This document shows positions 9,826 to 22,233 of a DNA stretch of 64,000 nucleotides, in pieces. Position 1 is the first letter of the stretch; every line of letters begins with the position of its first letter. Made by a program: the position numbers and the translations under genes. This DNA is from Opitutaceae bacterium (lineage in GTDB: Bacteria; Verrucomicrobiota; Verrucomicrobiia; Opitutales; Coraliomargaritaceae), in assembly GCA_051252375.1 (NCBI GenBank), contig JBPOFY010000005.1:96001-160000 (forward strand), given 5' to 3'. A model generated the notes under the pieces. That model did not search any database, was not told where the DNA came from, and saw nothing but the letters and a program-made list of their open reading frames with translations.

Positions 9826-12800
9826 CTAAATCAGTTTCAGCGCTCGCTGAGTATCTTCTGCGAGGGTGTCCAAGCGCTTCTCGGATGTCTTTTGTGCGGT
9901 GCCGAGCTCTTGGGCGTAAACGGAGACTTTGAATTCTTCGAGTAGTAAGTGGTAGGGCTTTGTTGCTGAACGGGAGTGCTTCTTGGCTAGTTTTTCGAGC
10001 TCTTGTAGCTTGGCTTCGTAGGGGGCGACGCGTTTTGATTTATCGATGTCGCGTTGGATGCTTTCTTTGGTGCGTTCGGCGCGGATGCGCATGGCGCGGA
10101 GGTAGCGGGCCACGTGAGGCAATTCGTCGAACTCGTAGTCGCTGAGTAAAGTTGACGGAGCGACTCGATCCAAATGCGAGCGCATGCCGGGGTAGCTGAT
10201 GGCTTTGTTGGTTTTCTTTTGCTCGATCAGGAGGAGGACGTCTTGTCGTATTTCTAAGACTTCGCTGAGGCGCTGTATGAGTTGATGAACGATTCCTTTG
10301 CGCTCCTCGTCGGCTCTTTTGCAGACCTTTTCAAATGCTTGGGCTTTTAATGGGCGCTTGTTGTCTGATCGAAAAAGGTGTCGGCGTAAATGCAGCCAGG
10401 CGTTTTCTTTGATTGTGTCGAAACTACCAAGTGGGAGTAGTTGCGCGCCGAGCTGCTTGAGCTCTTTGAGGTCGCGGCGTATCCACGCGAGGTCGCGGCC
10501 CATTACTTTCTCGCCGAGTGCGGGCCATGCTTGCTCGGTTGCGGTGGTCGCGGCGGCCTTGTCGGCTAGCAGCCTTAAATGGACGTTGTCGCCCTCTAGG
10601 ACGAGTGCGGGGTAGGCCTTGAGTGGTAGTCCGGCATCGCCGGTTAAGTCGATCGATTCGGGGAGGTCGCCAAAGTTCCAACTGCTCAGATTTTCCTTTT
10701 CGTAGCGAGCGGTCGCGGCTTGCCATGCGGGGATGGCTTCGAGACCAGTGCCTTTGGAGACTTCTTTGGCAGTTGATTCCAGTTGTTTGCGCAGCGCATC
10801 GAGCTCGCGTCCGTTGGCGAGCACTTCACCTTTTGTATTTTCAATCTGAATACGTGGTTTCAGGTATTCCGGGATTTCAGTTTTGGACCAATCGTCTTTG
10901 AAAGTCTGTATGCCGTGGTTTTTGAGCAGTGCTTCTGCGAGCTGTTCACGCAAGGGCAGAGCGGAAGGCTTTAATTCTTTACGGATCTGGGCAGAGCGCT
11001 CTTTCAGCGGGTGCAGGCTGATGCGGATCTGCTTGGGTAGTCCGCGCAACAGGCTCTCGATTTTTTCTTCGATGTGTCCGGGCACGGCCCAGTCGAGTGT
11101 GCCTTGCTGGATCGCGCCGAGTTGTGAGACGGGCACGCGCAGGGTGACGCCATCGGTCTCGTTGCCCGGTTCATGGCGATAGAGTAAGTCCATCGTGGTG
11201 CCGCCAATCATGACTTCGCGCGGGAAGTCGTCTGCATTGTCGACCGTGTCTTCGGGTGCGATGAGGTCGTGGAGTTCCGCTTTTAGGAAGCTGAGGTCGC
11301 CGCCATGTTTTGCTTTTGCGTAACTGCGCAGCTCGGGAAAGGAGCCGACGGCTTGCAAGCGATGGCAGTAAAAATCAAAGAGCGCGTCATCGATAACGAG
11401 ACCCGATCCGAGTCGGCGGCGGGCGATTTCGGACTCTGCCTTTTCGCGAATGTCGGCGTTGTGTGTGAGGAATTTAGGGCGCTCTTTGATGCCTTCTTCG
11501 ACGAGGCCATTGCGCACGAAGATATCAGTTGCTTCTTCGGGGGCGATGGGTGTGAAGCTGACATTAGCACGGGCGATTTCTAAACCGAATAGAATCTTGC
11601 GTTGCTTGCAGAGTGTGGCGGCTGACTTGGTGCTCCAGAAAGGTTCGGAGTGGCGCACTTGCATTAGGTCGCCCGCGAGTTCTTCGATCCATTTAACTTC
11701 AACCTTTGCAGCTGTCCGCGCAAATAGGCGGCTGGTTTCCATCCATTCCCCGCAGACAATCCAGTCGGGAGCAGAGGTCTTAGCGGCTTTCGGTTTGGCT
11801 TTCTTGGCGTAGCTTGCCTTGCGCTGTTTTTTCGCGGTTTCGTGATCAAACAGTCCCGAACCGGGGAAGAGTAAGGCTTTGCGGTTTCGCGGGCCGCGAT
11901 AGTTGTGCTCCTCTTCTTTGACGGCGATGTTGCTGAGGAGGCCGGTCAATATACTACGGTGAATCGCATCATATCGCTTCTGCTCGAACGTCGAACGTTC
12001 AACGTCCAACTTTGAATTTTGAATAACTGAGGAATCTGCTTTAGACGCCTTTTTATTCACCATTGGACGTTCGACGTTGGACGTTGGACGTTCCTTAAGC
12101 TGTTGCTTCAGAATCCGCTCAAGCTGGTGGTGTATGTCGCGCCATTCGCGCATGCGTTGGAAGGAGACAAAGTGCTTCTTGCAGAACTTACGCAGCTGAC
12201 CTTGTGAGAGGCGGTCCATCTCGTCGTGATACGCATCCCAAATATTAAGTATGGTGAGAAAGTCGGATTCTTTATGGACGAAACGTTTTTGCATTTCGTC
12301 GGCTTCCTTGGCGAGCTCGGCGGGGCGTTCGCGCGGGTCTTGAATCGAAAGCCCGGAAGCAATGACCAGCACGTCTTCAAGCACGCCTTCAGTTTTTGCC
12401 TGGAGTAGCATGCGCGCGACGGTGGGGTCGACGGGTAGTTTAGCGAGTTGGCGACCGAGCTTTGTCAGACGGTAGGCGTCTTCATTATCAGTATGCTGAT
12501 CACCATACACCGCGCCGAGTTCGTCGAGCAGGCGGTAGCCGCCTTTAATCGCTGTGTCGGATGGCGGATCGAGGAAAGGGAAGGTGCGGATGTCGCCTAA
12601 TCGGAATGCGAGCATGCGCAGAATAACCGATGCTAGGTTCGAGCGATGGATCTCTGGTGTGGTGAAGCGTGGGCGTCCTAGATAGTCTTGCTCGGAATAA
12701 AGACGGTAGCAGACGCCATTGCTGACACGTCCGCAGCGTCCCTTGCGTTGTTCGGCGCTGGACTGAGCCACAGGTTCAATCGGGAGGCGTTGTGTGCGCG

Positions 12801-13749
12801 AGGTGGCACTGTAACGGCTGATGCGCGCGAGACCTGCATCGACGACGTAACGAATGCCGGGCACCGTGAGCGATGTTTCGGCGATATTGGTCGATAGAAT
12901 GATACGTCGACGTTGGCCGCTGGGGTGGAAGATGCGCTGCTGGTCGGCGTTGGCTAGGCGTCCATAGAGTGGTAGAATATCGCAACTCCGTGCGCGCGTG
13001 TCTCCAAGTTTGCGGTTTAGTTCGTGGATGTCGCGTTCACCGGGTAGGAATACGAGGACGTCGCCCGGGTGGTTGTCTCCAATGATCTCGGTGATAATTT
13101 CCGCCGCAGCCTCGATATAGGTGAGGTCGCCGGTTTCTTGCAGCATCTCTTCAATGGGGCGGTAGATGGTATCGACGGGGAACATGCGCCCCGAAACTTC
13201 GATAATGGGTGCACCGCCAAATGCTTTGGAGAATATCTCGGTATCAATCGTTGCCGAGGTGATGATGATCTTCAGGTCTTTGCGCTTCTCGGAGAGCAGG
13301 CGCAGGAAGCCGAGAATGAAATCGATGTTCAGGCTTCGTTCGTGGGCTTCGTCGATGACGATGGCTTCGTATTTCTTGAGGAGTGGGTCGTCTTGTATCT
13401 CGTTGAGCAAGATACCATCGGTCATGACTTTGATGATGGTGTCGTGGCGCGTCTGGTCGGTGAAGCGGATCTTCGCTCCGACTTCGTTGCCGTAGGTGAC
13501 GCCGAGCTCTTCGGCGATACGTTGTGCGACGGAGAGTGCGGCGACGCGGCGCGGTTGCGTGCAGCCGAGTAGACCCTTTTGACCTAGGCCCGCATCAATG
13601 AGGAACTTTGGAATTTGAGTGGTCTTGCCCGATCCGGTTTCGCCTGCGATGACGATGACTTGATTGTCCTGAATGGCGCGAATGATTTCCTCGCGCCGAG
13701 CATGGATCGGGAGTTCTTCAGAGTAAGTCGGCTGGAGGGACTGTTTCAA
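9826..13749 (-). CDS. hrpA: ATP-dependent RNA helicase HrpA
   Basis: [37 protein letters not shown], and the HrpA-type C-terminal [14 protein letters not shown]. Confidence 0.93.
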   Translation of the reverse strand: MKQSLQPTYSEELPIHARREEIIRAIQDNQVIVIAGETGSGKTTQIPKFLIDAGLGQKGLLGCTQPRRVAALSVAQRIAEELGVTYGNEVGAKIRFTDQTRHDTIIKVMTDGILLNEIQDDPLLKKYEAIVIDEAHERSLNIDFILGFLRLLSEKRKDLKIIITSATIDTEIFSKAFGGAPIIEVSGRMFPVDTIYRPIEEMLQETGDLTYIEAAAEIITEIIGDNHPGDVLVFLPGERDIHELNRKLGDTRARSCDILPLYGRLANADQQRIFHPSGQRRRIILSTNIAETSLTVPGIRYVVDAGLARISRYSATSRTQRLPIEPVAQSSAEQRKGRCGRVSNGVCYRLYSEQDYLGRPRFTTPEIHRSNLASVILRMLAFRLGDIRTFPFLDPPSDTAIKGGYRLLDELGAVYGDQHTDNEDAYRLTKLGRQLAKLPVDPTVARMLLQAKTEGVLEDVLVIASGLSIQDPRERPAELAKEADEMQKRFVHKESDFLTILNIWDAYHDEMDRLSQGQLRKFCKKHFVSFQRMREWRDIHHQLERILKQQLKERPTSNVERPMVNKKASKADSSVIQNSKLDVERSTFEQKRYDAIHRSILTGLLSNIAVKEEEHNYRGPRNRKALLFPGSGLFDHETAKKQRKASYAKKAKPKAAKTSAPDWIVCGEWMETSRLFARTAAKVEVKWIEELAGDLMQVRHSEPFWSTKSAATLCKQRKILFGLEIARANVSFTPIAPEEATDIFVRNGLVEEGIKERPKFLTHNADIREKAESEIARRRLGSGLVIDDALFDFYCHRLQAVGSFPELRSYAKAKHGGDLSFLKAELHDLIAPEDTVDNADDFPREVMIGGTTMDLLYRHEPGNETDGVTLRVPVSQLGAIQQGTLDWAVPGHIEEKIESLLRGLPKQIRISLHPLKERSAQIRKELKPSALPLREQLAEALLKNHGIQTFKDDWSKTEIPEYLKPRIQIENTKGEVLANGRELDALRKQLESTAKEVSKGTGLEAIPAWQAATARYEKENLSSWNFGDLPESIDLTGDAGLPLKAYPALVLEGDNVHLRLLADKAAATTATEQAWPALGEKVMGRDLAWIRRDLKELKQLGAQLLPLGSFDTIKENAWLHLRRHLFRSDNKRPLKAQAFEKVCKRADEERKGIVHQLIQRLSEVLEIRQDVLLLIEQKKTNKAISYPGMRSHLDRVAPSTLLSDYEFDELPHVARYLRAMRIRAERTKESIQRDIDKSKRVAPYEAKLQELEKLAKKHSRSATKPYHLLLEEFKVSVYAQELGTAQKTSEKRLDTLAEDTQRALKLI
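11986..12093. repeat. 108-bp heptamer-unit inverted-repeat element in frame inside hrpA
   Basis: Arms at 11986-12024 and 12055-12093 pair 31/39; units AACGTCC/AACGTCG/AACGTTC; length equals 36 codons. Confidence 0.8.
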
Positions 13750-13767
13750 AGTCGGTGACCAGTGGGC

Positions 13768-14739
13768 TTACGCGTCGTCGTGCCTGAAAGACCAGATGTT
13801 GTGCCGCCCATAGGGTTTAATATGCGCGACGGCTTCGTCCTTCTTCAAACTTAGGGGGATGTTGGGCACCGAGCGGTCGACATAGACCTGATCACCTGGG
13901 CAGACGCCACAGAGACGGCTCGCAATGTTGATCGGTCGGCCGATGTAGTCGTTGCCGACTTCGAGGTGACTGGCGAGACCGAAGCAAATGCCGGCTCCGA
14001 TCCCTTCGGGGGCTCCGTGAGTGAAGTGAGGCGAGTCTTTGACCATCGCCCAGCGGTGACGTAAATCTAGGGCGGCCTGAAGTGCGATGTTGACGGCAAT
14101 TTCGCGGTCGGCAGGGCTGGTTTCCCAAATCGCGAGCACACCGTCGCCGAGGAACTTAGTCATCTCGGGCGGGAAGCGCTGGAGCGAGCGATTGACCATA
14201 TTATAAAATGCAGACATGAGACCGCAGGTGTAGGGCGATTCGATGTCGGGTTGCTCGCAAAATAAACTGAAGCCGCGGATGTCGATGACGAGCGCGAGCA
14301 CTTCGCAGGGTTTACCGAATTCGACTTCGGGCTCGAAGCTTTCGATAAAGGGGTAGGTGGTGTAAATCTCCTCCTCGAATTGGTAGTAGCTTGGCTTGCC
14401 AATGGAGTCGCTGTAAAAGCTCAGACCTTTGAGGTAGCGGTCGTATGTGTTTGGGCGGTATTGGAGTTCGGAGACGCCGTAGCCTTCAGTGTATTGCGTG
14501 CGGCTGGTGTAGAACCGAGCGGAGAACTTTCGGATGCGGTCTTCTTTACCTTCCAGCTTTTTGAGGACCTTGGAAACCTCCGGTTCGTCGAGAACCAGAA
14601 AGGAGTCGTGGCCGTCCACAGTGAAATAAACATGACGATACTCCGGATGCACTGTTTGGAAACGGCTACAGATATCCCAGAAATCTCGAAAACTGAGATC
14701 GGGGATGGGATAGTGTCGTCGTATAATTGTGGAGGACAT
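13768..14739 (-). CDS. Class III adenylate/guanylate cyclase-domain protein with an unrecognised N-terminal domain
   Basis: VIDIRGFS, KFLGDGVLAIW, NDYIGRPINIASRL. Confidence 0.85.
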   Translation of the reverse strand: MSSTIIRRHYPIPDLSFRDFWDICSRFQTVHPEYRHVYFTVDGHDSFLVLDEPEVSKVLKKLEGKEDRIRKFSARFYTSRTQYTEGYGVSELQYRPNTYDRYLKGLSFYSDSIGKPSYYQFEEEIYTTYPFIESFEPEVEFGKPCEVLALVIDIRGFSLFCEQPDIESPYTCGLMSAFYNMVNRSLQRFPPEMTKFLGDGVLAIWETSPADREIAVNIALQAALDLRHRWAMVKDSPHFTHGAPEGIGAGICFGLASHLEVGNDYIGRPINIASRLCGVCPGDQVYVDRSVPNIPLSLKKDEAVAHIKPYGRHNIWSFRHDDA

Positions 14740-14887
14740 TTCTGCTAGGAAGTGAGTAGCTAGAAGTGAGAAGTCAGATGACTACTGAATCAAGCTATTA
14801 TACGTTGCGGAGGGTTGCAGTGAAATAATGAAAAGTAACGTGTCATGTCGGGAATCTCGGAGGGATGGGTGGAACGACTGAAGATGA

Positions 14888-14997
14888 ACACGGCAGAGAC
14901 TGCCGTGGCTACAGTTTGGTTGAGGGTGTAGCCACGTCACTCTGTGACGTGTCCTGTGTGGAGTTTCCGTCGCTGAAGAAACACGGCAGGAGACTGC
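14888..14997. repeat. REP doublet, family A, plus a truncated third copy
   Basis: Copies at 14888-14912 and 14928-14953, partial copy at 14981-14997. Confidence 0.88.
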
Positions 14998-15018
14998 ACA
15001 CGTATTTTACCTAGACAC

Positions 15019-15046
15019 AAAAAAGCCCCGGGCTGGCCGGGGCTTT
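15019..15046 (-). terminator. Intrinsic terminator after rpmB
   Basis: AAAAAAGCCCCGG-gctgg-CCGGGGCTTT; the U-tract is on the minus strand. Confidence 0.85.
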
Positions 15047-15072
15047 AAAGAAATTCTGTGTGCGTTCGTGAA

Positions 15073-15303
<231 letters not shown>

Positions 15304-15381
15304 GGGAGTTCCTTATTTTGAAATTAAAGGACGGGAAAGTAGGGTGCAGAGGCACACTAGCAAGCGTTTTCTTCGAAAAAA

Positions 15382-16380
15382 TCACCCTTTGCGAATTCCC
15401 CATAATACCTGAAAACGACGTCCCATATGGGCAGGGTGGATGAGTTCCATCAGCGTTTGACGCCCATGACTAAAGGATCCAGCGCTTTGTTCGACGATTT
15501 CGGCGGCGGCTCGTTGGGCGCGTTGGACGAGGAAAGATTCTTGGCTTTCGAAGGTGGTGGGGGCGAAATTTGCCTTTTTGAGCGCTTCGATCAGCGGATC
15601 CCAGCAAATATCGCAGGTGATGTCGATTTCGCCGGGTTGGTCCAAAAGGTTGTTTCCTTGGGTGTGCTTTGAGAAGGTGCGGGCGGTGCCGGATGGGCAG
15701 GCTTGGAGCAGCGCGGGCCAGCTTTTGCCGTAGTCAAAGAGCATCAGCATACCGGTCCAGTCTTGGTCTAATAGGCTCGCAAGGGCTGTTTCGGTCTCTA
15801 ACGGCAGGTCCAGCTCGTAACCGTCTTCGATGGTTTCGGGTAGGCGTTCGGCGATGGCTTCGACCGGCGCGCTTAGGTTTTCGAGTAAAATTTCCTCTAA
15901 CTGCCCCTCCGCAGTCATGCTGACTCCGCGTTCGCGCCAAGTGCCGTCGCGAAAGATCAAGCGGTGGAAGGGGAGCGCATCCAGCCATTCGTTGGCAAAC
16001 AGCACGACGGGGCCATCGGCACAAATCGGGTCGCCTTGGCGGATGACCTTGGAGTCGGCAAAAGGGTGTGTTTCGAGGTGGCTGAGCAATTCGGCTCCCG
16101 GCTCGGCGGCGATTTCGATGAAGGTGCTTTGTGCTGCCATGCCTTCGGGCAGCGTGTCCTCTGCTGCCGTCACGACCATTTTGGCAAATACCGCGCCGAG
16201 GCTTTCTGCTGTATAGAAGTCACGCTCTGGCGTGCGCCCGACGCGTTCTTTAGGTCGTGTGTAGTAGCCGCAATTTTCCGCGTAGAGTGCCAGATTGATA
16301 TATTCGCAGTAGTTGATCGGCCCGTTGGCACAGGCGGCCTGTAGTATTTCCTGCAACTGTTTCGTTTCCTCGCCCATCAT
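15382..16380 (-). CDS. SAM-dependent methyltransferase, MidA/NDUFAF7 family
   Basis: ALY...GYY, DFYTA, ANEWLDALP, FDYG, DITCD, HPAHMGRRFQVL. Confidence 0.85.
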   Translation of the reverse strand: MMGEETKQLQEILQAACANGPINYCEYINLALYAENCGYYTRPKERVGRTPERDFYTAESLGAVFAKMVVTAAEDTLPEGMAAQSTFIEIAAEPGAELLSHLETHPFADSKVIRQGDPICADGPVVLFANEWLDALPFHRLIFRDGTWRERGVSMTAEGQLEEILLENLSAPVEAIAERLPETIEDGYELDLPLETETALASLLDQDWTGMLMLFDYGKSWPALLQACPSGTARTFSKHTQGNNLLDQPGEIDITCDICWDPLIEALKKANFAPTTFESQESFLVQRAQRAAAEIVEQSAGSFSHGRQTLMELIHPAHMGRRFQVLWGIRKG

Positions 16381-16417
16381 TATTTACAAATGCCAAGAAG
16401 GTGCACACAGTGCCCCG

Positions 16418-17664
16418 ATGGACAAGCGCTATGTTAAGTGGCTGATACCAGTCGCACTGCTTTCAATCCTCGCTGCACAATTTTGGGCGAGACCGGAACT
16501 GCGTGCCTTGTTGTCAGCAGATTATTGGCAGAGCCTGTTTCGCTATGGGAAAGTCATGCGCTTGGTGGAGTCGGAGTATGTGCATGCCGACGAGGTCGAG
16601 TTTGAGCATTTGACCGATATTGCACTACGTGAAGCGGTCCGTTCGTTGGATGATTATTCCGACTACATGATCGCCGAAGATTACGAGGCCTTCAACATGG
16701 CTGCCAATCAAGAGTATGTCGGTGTGGGGATTGAGATCAGTGAGTTCTCCGGTCGCGTCATCATCGCCAATGTATTTGAGCAAGGCTCGGCAGGCGGTGC
16801 CGGTATAATCGCGGGTGATATAATTGTCGGCATCGATGAGGTCGACACGCACGAGGAGTCGCTCGCTGAAGTGGTGACTCGTATTCGTGGAGAGCCTGGC
16901 ACGATGGTAAATATACAAGTCGAGCGACCCATCACGCATGAGCAACTCAGTTTCGAGCTCGAACGTAAGGCGATTGCACTCGATTCGGTGGTTGAACTTG
17001 AAATGAAAACCGAAGAAGTGGGTTATTTTCAGGTCCGTCAGTTTATTGATGCCACAGACGTCGAGATGATCGATGCAATCAAAGCACTGAGTGCGCAAGG
17101 CATGCGCGGCTTGATCATTGATCTACGCGGTAATCCCGGTGGTCGATTAGATACTGCGGCGCGAATGGCAGAGGTCTTTTTGGAAAAGGGGCAGACGATT
17201 CTCACGGTGCAATCGCGTCGTGGAGTAGAGGAGGTCTTTCAATCGCGTGGTGCGAAGCAAGCCTATCGCGGTCCAGTTGTCATTCTCATTGACGGCAACA
17301 GTGCCAGTGCCTCCGAGATTTTGGCAGGTGCGATGCGCGACCATGGACGGGCTTTGCTCGTCGGTCAGAAGTCTTATGGTAAAGGATCGGTGCAATCGGT
17401 GATTGGTTTCCCCGGAGGTGATGGACTGAAGCTCACCAGTGCCCGTTATTTATTACCGAGTGGAGAAGCTATTAACGGAACTGGCGTGTATCCCGATATC
17501 ACGGTCGAAAGCACTCCCGAACATCAAGTGGTATTGATGCTGCAAAAGCACCATTTACGTTCGCATACGTCCGAAGACTTTACCCGAATCTTTGGCTTTG
17601 CGCCGGTTCAGGATGAGGCACTTCAAGTTGCCACCGACACACTCGAAACCATGCTATTGAAGCT

Positions 17665-17668
<4 letters not shown>
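16418..17668 (+). CDS. Carboxy-terminal processing protease (S41A, PDZ domain)
   Basis: GVGIEI in the PDZ domain, IDLRGNPGG, SASASEILAG, GKGSVQ; start placed at ATG 16418. Confidence 0.92.
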
Positions 17669-18687
<1,019 letters not shown>

Positions 18688-18702
18688 TTGTTGATCTTAG
18701 AA

Positions 18703-19692
18703 TCACTCCGGCAAGACTGGTGCTTGGATGTATTCCTCGGGAAGTGGACCAGTTAAAGACTTAAGGAAGGCTTGGAGGGTCATCGTGTTTTCGGCGTCTA
18801 TATAGTGTCCGCGTTCGTAGATCGCCATGCGCTGGATGGCGTCGCGGACATTCTTTGAAGAGTTGTCGTGAAAGTAGGGTGCGGTCTTCTCGACATTTCG
18901 TAGTGGCGAAACACGGAAGAACATTTTGTGCGCCGAGTTATGAGTCAGCTCGTAGTAGCCTAAGTCCTTTTGGTTGGGCCATGGTTGAATGATGCCGACC
19001 TTTTGTAGCATTTGCCCTCCGAAATTGGTGCCGGTGTGGCAGGTGTAACAGGCATGCTCGGTGAATAGATGACCGCCTTGTATTTGCTCTGCAGTGAGTG
19101 CGGTATCATCGCCCGCCATGAAGTGATCGATGGGCGCTTTGGTGACTAGGCCGGAGATGAATGCTTCGAGTGCCTCGACGATGTTTGGATAAGTGATGGT
19201 TTCGTCGCTTTCACCATAGGCTTCTGTAAAGAGTGCTTGGTAGTTTTCGACGGACTGGATGCGTTCCACGAGTTCGGCAGTGCTCGTGTTTTGCATTTCA
19301 TTCGGACTGCGGATGGCATCGCGGATTTTTTCCTTCAAGGTTTTACTTGAGCCGTCCCAATCAAATAACTCCAACGATCCGATGTTGTATATGCTCGGCA
19401 CATCACGACCGCTGTAACCTACTTCGAGTTGTTGACGATATTTTGTGCCATTGGTGCCGTAGGCTTGTAGGTCGTGACAGCTGTTGCATGAGGTCGTGCT
19501 GTCAGTTGATAGCCTTGGGTCATGATACAGTTTTCGTCCTAGCTCAACTTTCGCGGAGGCTTCTATGTTTTGTTCGATGGGGCGATAGGACGGTTGCAAC
19601 AAGCGCCGCAAGTTTTTCGCGTCTGGCGTGTTCCCGAAGGCAGTGAATGCAAACAGTATCAAACAAATTGGGGTAGTGAATGAGGGGCGCAT
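18703..19692 (-). CDS. Di-haem cytochrome c peroxidase family protein
   Basis: Two CxxCH motifs (SCNSCH, ACYTCH), LGRKLYHDPRLS, WDG, LRNVEKTAPYFHD; signal peptide from ATG 19692. Confidence 0.85.
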   Translation of the reverse strand: MRPSFTTPICLILFAFTAFGNTPDAKNLRRLLQPSYRPIEQNIEASAKVELGRKLYHDPRLSTDSTTSCNSCHDLQAYGTNGTKYRQQLEVGYSGRDVPSIYNIGSLELFDWDGSSKTLKEKIRDAIRSPNEMQNTSTAELVERIQSVENYQALFTEAYGESDETITYPNIVEALEAFISGLVTKAPIDHFMAGDDTALTAEQIQGGHLFTEHACYTCHTGTNFGGQMLQKVGIIQPWPNQKDLGYYELTHNSAHKMFFRVSPLRNVEKTAPYFHDNSSKNVRDAIQRMAIYERGHYIDAENTMTLQAFLKSLTGPLPEEYIQAPVLPE

Positions 19693-19824
19693 GTGGCTAC
19701 TGCATTTTATGATGGGTGAGGCGTAAAGATTTTTGCCTGCGAATCTTGTGGATATTCGTGAATCTAATTTTGTGCATCTTCGTATGATCCTAAATTCGGC
19801 AGTTGGCATTGGCTCTGATTCTTA

Positions 19825-19976
19825 AACCGTTAATGGACGTTAATTAACGTGAATCTGATTTACTGCCAAAATTGCGAATGGGCTTGGGCTCGATTCCTCG
19901 TAGAGATGTCACTCAACTATTTAAACACTATATATTAGGACCTCTGATTAACGTGCATTAACGTTTATTAACGGTT
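19825..19976. repeat. Empty inverted-repeat element, arms AACC plus three 10-nt units
   Basis: AACCGTTAATGGACGTTAATTAACGTGAATC at 19825-19855 pairs 26/31 with 19946-19976. Confidence 0.8.
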
Positions 19977-20210
19977 CAACTCATTTTTTTAGGATGATGT
20001 GGTTAGAGGAGTTCGGTTCTTTGGCAGAATAATTTAGAGCAGAACAATTTTTTGAATAGGTTTCGCTGAGAGAAATCCATTAGCGGACTCATTGCGTTTT
20101 GTTTGTTTCGCGGTTCACATTTCCGGTTTAGCCTGCAATTCTTGCAATTGTCCGCTTGCCTTTGCCTTCACTTTTACTAATACTGGTTCGTTTTAACATT
20201 AGAAACTAAT

Positions 20211-21899
20211 ATGTCCAAGCCAATCCCTCCATTTCACTTTCAAAAGCAATTTCCGCTCGGTGCGGATCGCACGGAATACCGTCTCCTGACCAATGAGTTT
20301 GTGGAGACTGTCGATTTTAACGGAGAAACCATGTTGAAGGTGGATCCTGCTGCTTTGACCTATTTGGCAGAGACGGCGACGCGTGAGATTTCTTTTAAGC
20401 TACGCACGGAGCACTTGGAAAAAGTGGCGGCGATCTTGGATGATCCCGAAGCGACGGAAAATGACCACACGATTGCGTTGACCATGCTGCGTAATGCCGA
20501 GGTCGCGGCCCATGGGGTGCTACCATTTTGTCAGGATACCGGCACTGCGATTATTCTCGGTAAAAAAGGCCAGCGTGTTTGGACCGGTGGCGGTGACGAA
20601 GCAGCGCTTTCTCAAGGTGTTTATAATACCTACACGAAGGAGAATCTGCGCTATTCGCAGACTGTGCCGCTCTCCATGTATGAAGAGAAGAACACCGGCA
20701 CGAACTTGCCCGCGCAAATCGATATTTTGGCGACCGACAGTGCCAGCTATGATTTCCTCTTCGTCGCGAAGGGTGGGGGTTCGGCGAATAAGACTTTCCT
20801 CTTTCAAGAAACCAAAGCGTTGTTGAATCCTGCGAACTTGGAAAAGTTTTGTATCGAAAAAATGGGCACGCTGGGCACTTCTGCCTGCCCGCCGTATCAC
20901 ATTGCGATCGTGATTGGCGGCACCTCAGCGGAGACCACGATGAAGACGGTCAAATTGGCATCGACGAAATACTACGATGAATTGCCGACTGAGGGCAATG
21001 AGCACGGGCAAGCTTTCCGCGACTTAGCGCTCGAGCAAAAGCTACTCAATTTTACTCGAAAAATGGGTTACGGTGCGCAGTTTGGTGGTAAATATTTTGC
21101 CCTCGATGTGCGTGTGATTCGTTTGCCACGTCATGGTGCTTCTTGCCCTGTCGGCATCGGCGTATCGTGCTCCGCTGACCGTAATGCGAAGGCGCGGATC
21201 GATAAAGACGGCGTGTGGTTGGAGAAACTGGAAGAGAACCCAGGTCGCTTCATCCCTGCGGTGACCGGTGAAGAGAAGCCGGACGAATCGATTAAAATCG
21301 ACCTTAACCGTCCAATGGCTGACATCCTTGCTGAGCTCAGTGAGTATCCGGTGACGACACCACTTTCGCTTAGCGGCACGATTGTGGTCGCTCGCGATAT
21401 GGCCCATGCGAAGATTCAAGAGCGCTTGGATCGTGGCGAAGGCATGCCGGACTACATGAAGAATCACCCCGTCTATTACGCGGGCCCGGCTAAGACACCT
21501 GCGGGTAAGCCTTCCGGCTCCTTTGGACCGACGACGGCGGGTCGGATGGATTCCTATGTTGGACCGTTCCAAGCCGAAGGTGGCTCGATGATCATGCTTG
21601 CGAAGGGCAATCGCTCACAGCAAGTGACGGATGCTTGTCAGAAATACGGTGGTTTTTATCTCGGTTCGATCGGCGGTCCCGCTGCGTTGTTGGCCGAGCA
21701 TAATATCAAGAATGTTGAAGTCTTGGAGTATCCCGAGCTTGGCATGGAAGCTATCTGGAAGATCGAGGTAGAGAACTTTCCCGCTTACATTTTGGTCGAC
21801 GATAAGGGCAATGATTTCTTCGCCGGTATTCGTGAGACTTGTTCCAAGTGTGCGGTGCAAGCCTTTGAAACCGCAAAGGCTGACGCGGCGAAGGGGTAG
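20211..21899 (+). CDS. fumA: Fumarate hydratase class I (Fe-S)
   Basis: [37 protein letters not shown]; fumA versus fumB cannot be distinguished. Confidence 0.93.
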   Translation: MSKPIPPFHFQKQFPLGADRTEYRLLTNEFVETVDFNGETMLKVDPAALTYLAETATREISFKLRTEHLEKVAAILDDPEATENDHTIALTMLRNAEVAAHGVLPFCQDTGTAIILGKKGQRVWTGGGDEAALSQGVYNTYTKENLRYSQTVPLSMYEEKNTGTNLPAQIDILATDSASYDFLFVAKGGGSANKTFLFQETKALLNPANLEKFCIEKMGTLGTSACPPYHIAIVIGGTSAETTMKTVKLASTKYYDELPTEGNEHGQAFRDLALEQKLLNFTRKMGYGAQFGGKYFALDVRVIRLPRHGASCPVGIGVSCSADRNAKARIDKDGVWLEKLEENPGRFIPAVTGEEKPDESIKIDLNRPMADILAELSEYPVTTPLSLSGTIVVARDMAHAKIQERLDRGEGMPDYMKNHPVYYAGPAKTPAGKPSGSFGPTTAGRMDSYVGPFQAEGGSMIMLAKGNRSQQVTDACQKYGGFYLGSIGGPAALLAEHNIKNVEVLEYPELGMEAIWKIEVENFPAYILVDDKGNDFFAGIRETCSKCAVQAFETAKADAAKG

Positions 21900-21946
21900 A
21901 TGATTTTTCGGGGCTGATGCATGCGGCGATCGAGATCGTCGTTACA

Positions 21947-22156
21947 GAAAACACGGCAGAGACTGCCGTGGCTACACTTTGATTTGTGATGTAGCCACGT
22001 CACTCAGTGACGTGTCCTGGGTCCATAATCGTTTCTATGGGAGAGTCTTCGTTCATCTAATTCATGCTGCTTACGATCGTTGCTGAAGAAAACACGGCAG
22101 AGACTGCCGTGGCTACACTTTGATTTGTGATGTAGCCACGTCACTCAGTGACGTGT
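21947..22156. repeat. Two identical family A REP doublets in direct repeat
   Basis: 21947-22015 is identical to 22088-22156, including the spacer ACTTTGATTTGTGAT. Confidence 0.92.
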
Positions 22157-22233
22157 TCTGTGCGCGGTCTCTTTGGCTCAGAATTTGGAAAGTATGATGT
22201 GATTCCTGTCTTCAGTTGTGCTACGGTCTTGGC

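Noticed and set aside
13768..14739. Cyclase as a Pycsar/CBASS-type defence gene
   Set aside because: No adjacent TIR, membrane or nuclease effector gene, and the residues point to an ordinary adenylate cyclase.
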